From Myxococcales bacterium (GTDB lineage: Bacteria; Desulfobacterota; Binatia; HRBIN30): a stretch of DNA of 64,000 bases. The stretch covers positions 160,001 through 224,000 of the forward strand of contig JBBILD010000001.1 of the NCBI GenBank assembly GCA_037445065.1, given 5' to 3'. The notes under the pieces were generated by a model. The model made no database searches. It was not told where the DNA came from and saw nothing but the letters and a program-made list of their open reading frames with translations. The position numbers and the translations under genes were made by a program. This document shows, one piece after another, positions 59,124-64,000 of the stretch; positions within the stretch are counted from its first letter, which is position 1; each line of letters begins with the position of its first letter.

Positions 59124-61982
59124 CTACTGGAGGTTCAGGAAAATCGTGATCACTTGATTCAGGCGCGATACCTCGCGGCCAATCGGCTGCAGGCCTAACA
59201 ACGAAGGTAGAGGTAACGAGCCGAGCCCGCCGGCAAGGGAGGGCAGGAACTGCTGGACCAAGGTCGGCACCACGCTCTGGATTTCGGAGTCGGTCACACC
59301 CAGCGGGTTGACGAGAAGAACGGTGGTCACATCATTCGGGTCAATGTTGCTGATCACGAAGGAGAGGGAGTTGGTGGAAGCATCGTAATTGAGCTGCAAC
59401 CCGGTTCGCGCGTCGATGGCACCGCGCAGGTACAGCGTGCTTCCATCCACTGAGGTGATCGAGATCAGCAAGTGAGCCAACTTGAGTTCCGCCAAGTCAC
59501 CCGGGTTGGGCCCCAGATTCCCGGTCAGTACCGGCGCAATTGTCGGCGCAATGCTGATCTTGAGCGGGGTGCCAGGCGGCAAGTTGCCGAACGCGGGTAA
59601 GAAGACGGCGAGCAGGTCGGAGGTGATTTGCACCGGACCGGTGCCCAAGTCGATCTCCGTGATGTCGAAGTTCAGGATACCATTCTCGGTGAGGGCCTTG
59701 AGCAACTGGTTCATGGCAGAAGTGCCAAGCGAAATTGCCATGTGGTAGGTGAGGCCCTGTACCGGAGTGGTCGTGCCGTAGGTCGGGAAGCCCTCGGGAA
59801 CGTGCAGGGACGCGGTGAAGTCCGGCGTGTACGGGGGTTTATTGGGTGCCGTGATGCGCGCGTTGATCCCAAAGGTGATGCCGTTGTTGTCAGGACTCAC
59901 GAAGTTGAACGGCGCATCGAGTTGGACACCTAAGGCGCCTCCGATCGGTCCGGCAATCGAAAGGTTCGACAGCGCTGTTTGCATCGCGCCAGCGATGACG
60001 GAATCTTGCGGGCCCGAGCCGTCAGGATCCTTGAGGTAGTTCACCAAAGCGTTTCGTGCCTCGGTTTGCAGATCCACGAACAGCGGTGCGAGGAAATCTA
60101 CGACATCGCATGCGAATCCACCTTCGATCTCACCGTTGAATCCGTTGAAGGTTACCGTAACGTCGCCTTGCTGATTTACGTCGAGGAAGGATGGGTCCGA
60201 AGGCAGGGGTTGGAGTGTGTGATTACTGCGGATCAGGACCGATGAAGCTGTGATTCGCACGTAGCAATCTGGCACTACGCCAAAGTTGTCTAGGAACAGA
60301 CGGATGAAGACGTTGTACAACGTGATATCGAGCAAGACGAAGCCGGTCTGCGAGTCGATGTTAATGGCCATCGAGCTGAACGACGGCGCGGGCGAAGCGA
60401 TGAAAACTTTGTCAATGCCTCCGGCGCACGCGCCGAAAACACTGACCACACAGATGTCGTCGTCGGAAATCAAGGTTCCCGGTGGCAGCAGCGTCGCGAG
60501 GTCGAGAGGAATCATGCTCTGGATCACGGGTTCCAGTCTGTCGAAACCAGAGTCGTTGATGCGCAGCCCGATCGCGTTCGTCGAGAAGCCGCCATCAGGT
60601 ACGGATTGCCCGCGAATGATCACCCTGCGATCCCGCCGCACGAAGCCCGTGCTGGGCACGGTGAGTTGCGCCAGCACCGGGTTGAAGATCCGGGCCGCAT
60701 CCAGCGGTACGTTAATTGAGAAGTTGTTACTGCCGTCGAGCGTTACGGGCGTCCCATTCACGGTAACCTGCTGGCCGGGCACTGGGTTCACTACATGCCC
60801 CGTCACCGTGGCTGTTGACGCCGTTGTGAACACCCCGTGGCTGGGCGAGTCGAGGAAGATTTCCGGAGCAGGTGTCGGGGTAAAGGTCGGAGTCACGGTC
60901 GGGGTTCGGGTCGGCGTGTGGGTGCGTGTGGGCGTATGGGTGACTGTCGGGGTTCGGGTCGGTGTGTCCGTCCGGGTGGGCGTATGAGTGCGGGTGGGAG
61001 TGTCCGTCTTTGTCGGAGTGTGGGTGCGGGTTGGAGTGGCGGTTGGGGTGTCGGTCCGCGTCGGCGTGCTCGTCGGGGTGGGTGTCGGGGTCTTCGTGAT
61101 GGTCGGTGTGCGCGTCGGAGTGTCGGTCTTGGTCGGTGTCGCCGTTGCTGTTTCTGTCGGCGTTTCGGTTGGCGGCCGCGAGCCCGTCGGTGTCGGAGTC
61201 GCTGTCGGTACGGGTGGTTCGATGTGGCAACCTTGGTCGCATCCGTCGCCATTGATGCGGTTGCCGTCGTCACAAGTCTCGTGATCGGGTTGGATCACGC
61301 CGTCACCGCAGGTGCTCGGTAAGCACTGCAGGCGCAGTGTGTCGCTATCCAACAACCCACTGCTGGTGCGCGCGATGACGCGCACCGGGCGCGTACCCGG
61401 GCGGATTTTGCCGGACGCCTTCACCTTGAGAGGCACAACGAGGGAAACCGGTGCGCTGCAAGTGTTGAGGCTTGTATTTGTGCTGCCTGAACTAGTAGGC
61501 GTATTTTTGCGCATTACGGTGAGCCCGAAACCCACAGAGGCTTGGGTCTCTAGCGCTGCGAGGTTGGCAACATCGGCCGGATCCAAGCTCGTCGGTTTTG
61601 GCTTCTTCACCTCGAACGCGTCCAGGCCGCTCACAGAGCACAAGGGCAAGCGCGCATCGTTATTGTTGATACACAGTCGCACGGGGAATGTGCAGCTCCG
61701 GTTGGTGAGGTCGGGGTCCAAATCGCAACGCGGATCGCCTTCGTAACAGAAATACTTGTTCTTTGGAAAACCGCTTGCCGTAAACTTGGGAGAGTCCGGG
61801 AAGGTGGTAACAGGCACCAGCCATTCGAGATGGCAGTCGGTAGTTTTGGACCCGCCGCCGGGAATACAATTGTTGAATCCCAGCCCGGCCGTGCAACTTT
61901 GCCCAATCACAGGTGAAACCCATGCACTCGCCACGATCGCCGCAACCAAAAATCCGAACGCCATCCGCTTCGTTCGAATCAT
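59124..61982 (-). CDS. Large secreted protein: Cys-rich N-domain, Myxococcus Cys-rich repeat, Pro/Thr stalk, Ig-like domain, BPI/LBP-like C-terminal region
   Basis: Signal peptide; [34 protein letters not shown] repeats; TVTGHV..VTVNG Ig-like strand pattern; [11 protein letters not shown] and [14 protein letters not shown]. Confidence 0.85.
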   Translation of the reverse strand: MIRTKRMAFGFLVAAIVASAWVSPVIGQSCTAGLGFNNCIPGGGSKTTDCHLEWLVPVTTFPDSPKFTASGFPKNKYFCYEGDPRCDLDPDLTNRSCTFPVRLCINNNDARLPLCSVSGLDAFEVKKPKPTSLDPADVANLAALETQASVGFGLTVMRKNTPTSSGSTNTSLNTCSAPVSLVVPLKVKASGKIRPGTRPVRVIARTSSGLLDSDTLRLQCLPSTCGDGVIQPDHETCDDGNRINGDGCDQGCHIEPPVPTATPTPTGSRPPTETPTETATATPTKTDTPTRTPTITKTPTPTPTSTPTRTDTPTATPTRTHTPTKTDTPTRTHTPTRTDTPTRTPTVTHTPTRTHTPTRTPTVTPTFTPTPAPEIFLDSPSHGVFTTASTATVTGHVVNPVPGQQVTVNGTPVTLDGSNNFSINVPLDAARIFNPVLAQLTVPSTGFVRRDRRVIIRGQSVPDGGFSTNAIGLRINDSGFDRLEPVIQSMIPLDLATLLPPGTLISDDDICVVSVFGACAGGIDKVFIASPAPSFSSMAINIDSQTGFVLLDITLYNVFIRLFLDNFGVVPDCYVRITASSVLIRSNHTLQPLPSDPSFLDVNQQGDVTVTFNGFNGEIEGGFACDVVDFLAPLFVDLQTEARNALVNYLKDPDGSGPQDSVIAGAMQTALSNLSIAGPIGGALGVQLDAPFNFVSPDNNGITFGINARITAPNKPPYTPDFTASLHVPEGFPTYGTTTPVQGLTYHMAISLGTSAMNQLLKALTENGILNFDITEIDLGTGPVQITSDLLAVFLPAFGNLPPGTPLKISIAPTIAPVLTGNLGPNPGDLAELKLAHLLISITSVDGSTLYLRGAIDARTGLQLNYDASTNSLSFVISNIDPNDVTTVLLVNPLGVTDSEIQSVVPTLVQQFLPSLAGGLGSLPLPSLLGLQPIGREVSRLNQVITIFLNLQ
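60868..61218 (-). repeat. Degenerate tandem coding repeats (TPT[R/K]T[H/D], about 18-nt unit) forming a Pro/Thr stalk
   Basis: [40 protein letters not shown] in the translation. Confidence 0.85.
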
Positions 61983-62329
61983 ACGCGCTGCGACCCCCTT
62001 TCCTTTCGTTCTTCTTGCATAGCGAAAAGATCCCTGGCGGGACCTCCTCCCCAGCAGCATGGGGTTCTACGACGCCGCGCGCGCGGATGTCAACAGGGAA
62101 CTTGTTGATTTCTTCGTTCACCGGTCGGCGGGCAAGGGTTTGGTACCATGCTTGACCGATGTATGGGCAGGGCTAGGGTTGCTCGCTCACAGGTATGGGT
62201 GTCGGCGAAGGAGGGATCCGGTGAACATGTCCCTGACTGGAACGCTTGCTCTGCGCGCCGAGAGCAGACGGGCTTTAGTGGCGTGAAGTACTTGCGGGAT
62301 CGGGGCGTGTTCGCGTCTTGGTTTTTTTC

Positions 62330-64000
62330 ATGAGTGCCAAGGACCGGACGAACGGCGAGAAGCTGGCAGGGCCCGGGGAGCAAGCGCGAGCGTCTACCGC
62401 GGCGCTCGCCGTAGCCGCCCTCGGGGTCGTGTACGGCGACATTGGAACCTCACCGCTGTACGCCGTACGGGAGTGCTTCATTGGCCCGCACGCTGTGCCT
62501 CTCACTCCAGCCAACGTGGTGGGGGTTTTGTCACTCGTGTTTTGGTCGCTCACCGTGATCGTTTCCATCAAGTACCTTGTGTTCGTACTCCGCGCCGACA
62601 ACGACGGGGAAGGTGGAATTCTGGCTTTGCTAGCTCTCCTCATGCCTTCCGCGGGGGACGCCTCTGGGCGCCGGGCAGCGCTGTTGGCTGTGGGCCTGTT
62701 CGGCGCTGCGTTGCTGTACGGCGATGGCATCATCACACCAGCGATTTCCGTGCTGTCGGCGGTGGAGGGTCTGCAGGTCGCCACGCACACCTTCGAGCCC
62801 TACATCGTCCCGATTGCGGCCGCCATCTTGCTCGGCCTCTTTTCCGTTCAGCGCCACGGCACCGGAGGGTTGGGCGCCGTCTTTGGTCCCACGATGTTGG
62901 TTTGGTTCGTGACCATTGGGGTACTGGGTTTGTGGGGGGTGTACCGGCTGCCGCACGGTGAGGTCTCGGTGTGGCAAGCCCTCAACCCTTGGCATGCGTT
63001 CGAGTTCTTTTGGCGGAACGGTTTGCACGGGTTTTTGATCCTCGGCGCGGTGGTCTTGTGCGTTACGGGGAGCGAGGCGTTGTACGCGGACCTCGGTCAC
63101 TTTGGCGCCCGCCCGATTCGCTTATCCTGGTACCTGGTGGTGTTTCCTTGCTTGCTTCTCAATTACTTCGGCCAGGGGGCATTGCTGCTTGCGCGCGGGA
63201 GTTCGGTCGTGAACCCGTTTTTCGAGTTGGCCCCGGCTTGGTTCCTTTACCCGTTGGTTGGCTTGGCGACCGTGGCGACGGTCATTGCTTCTCAGGCACT
63301 GATCTCTGGGGCGTTCTCCCTCACCCAGCAGGCTTCGCAGCTCGGGTATCTTCCGCGTTTCAATATTGTGCACACCTCGGAGGCGCAGGCTGGGCAGATT
63401 TACATCCCCGAGGTGAATGTTGCGTTGATGGTGATGTGCTTGCTGCTGGTGTTGGGCTTCCAGACCTCGAGCGCATTGGCCGGGGCATATGGGCTGGCGG
63501 TGACCGGGACCATGACCGCCACTTCCGTCCTCTTTTACGCCGTCTGCCGGGAACACTGGGGCTGGTCCTTACCCGTAGCGGCTTCCGTAGTGGGTCTCTT
63601 CCTGTTGTTTGACGGATCCTACTTGGTCGCGAACGCGGTAAAGATCGCGGACGGCGGCTGGGTCCCGATGGCGATCGGCGGGGTGGTCTTCACCATTTTG
63701 ACGACTTGGAAGCGGGGTCGCGCTGAGGTGGCCGAAATGCTCGCTCGCGCTAGCCTGCCAGTGGAGGTCTTTCTGGCGGACGTGCAAAACCAGAAACCCG
63801 TGCGCGTCGAGGGCACGGCTGTGGTGATGACCTCGTCGCCCTCGGGTGTTCCGGCTGTGCTGCTGCATTATTTCAAACACACTCGGACCCTCCACAAGCG
63901 AGTCGTGCTGCTCTCCATTTTGAGCGAAAAGCGGCCGCTCGTGCCGGACAAAGAGAAAATCGTGGTGACGGAACTCGGCCAGGGGTTTTACCGTGTGGTT
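62330..64000 (+). CDS. kup: KUP/HAK/KT potassium transporter, runs off the window end (absent from the ORF track)
   Basis: ATG 62330 then ALGVVYGDIGTSPLYA, ADNDGEGG, YGDGIITPAISVLSAVEG, EALYADLGHF, GQIYIP. Confidence 0.95.
   Translation, partial: MSAKDRTNGEKLAGPGEQARASTAALAVAALGVVYGDIGTSPLYAVRECFIGPHAVPLTPANVVGVLSLVFWSLTVIVSIKYLVFVLRADNDGEGGILALLALLMPSAGDASGRRAALLAVGLFGAALLYGDGIITPAISVLSAVEGLQVATHTFEPYIVPIAAAILLGLFSVQRHGTGGLGAVFGPTMLVWFVTIGVLGLWGVYRLPHGEVSVWQALNPWHAFEFFWRNGLHGFLILGAVVLCVTGSEALYADLGHFGARPIRLSWYLVVFPCLLLNYFGQGALLLARGSSVVNPFFELAPAWFLYPLVGLATVATVIASQALISGAFSLTQQASQLGYLPRFNIVHTSEAQAGQIYIPEVNVALMVMCLLLVLGFQTSSALAGAYGLAVTGTMTATSVLFYAVCREHWGWSLPVAASVVGLFLLFDGSYLVANAVKIADGGWVPMAIGGVVFTILTTWKRGRAEVAEMLARASLPVEVFLADVQNQKPVRVEGTAVVMTSSPSGVPAVLLHYFKHTRTLHKRVVLLSILSEKRPLVPDKEKIVVTELGQGFYRVV

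Noticed and set aside
60868..61218. Tandem repeats as a CRISPR array or mobile repeat
   Set aside because: Degenerate in-frame codon repeats with no unique spacers and no cas genes
62110..62329. c-di-AMP (ydaO) riboswitch upstream of kup
   Set aside because: The conserved ydaO blocks are not recognisable in this leader

Overview
GC-rich bacterial chromosomal window with dense, mostly housekeeping and lipid-metabolism genes. I found no integrase, transposase, CRISPR array or prophage. Several secreted Pro/Thr-stalk proteins, a Myxococcus-type Cys-rich repeat and the rph-rdgB-tRNA(Pro,Arg,His) order suggest a deltaproteobacteria-like lineage such as Ca. Binatia (inference only). Content in order: 3' part of metH; three tRNAs; rdgB and rph; a sigma-54 activator lacking a regulatory domain plus a stand-alone receiver; PIG-L deacetylase; DHH phosphoesterase; small proteins; CoA transferase; HpnB-like glycosyltransferase; an acyl-CoA dehydrogenase pair; MFS; sphingosine-1-phosphate lyase with ADH and hisN; ispF and moeA; ntrBC-thiE; aconitase; trxA; an operon of acidic peptide-dtd-DUF1285-trmL-luxE-luxC-aminotransferase-ADH-cytochrome b-like gene; a 15.5 kb TetR-controlled operon with three tripartite exporters; a P450; a large secreted protein; and the 5' part of kup. 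Best leads: (1) a secreted stalked protein ending in an apparently full two-barrel BPI/LBP/CETP-like lipid-transfer module; (2) a luciferase-less LuxE/LuxC reductase operon with transaminase, ADH, heme-b-like membrane protein and a 71% Asp/Glu peptide; (3) a small lipoprotein ending in a conotoxin-like cystine knot. All family calls rest on motifs recognised by eye and sequences recalled from memory; no database search was run.
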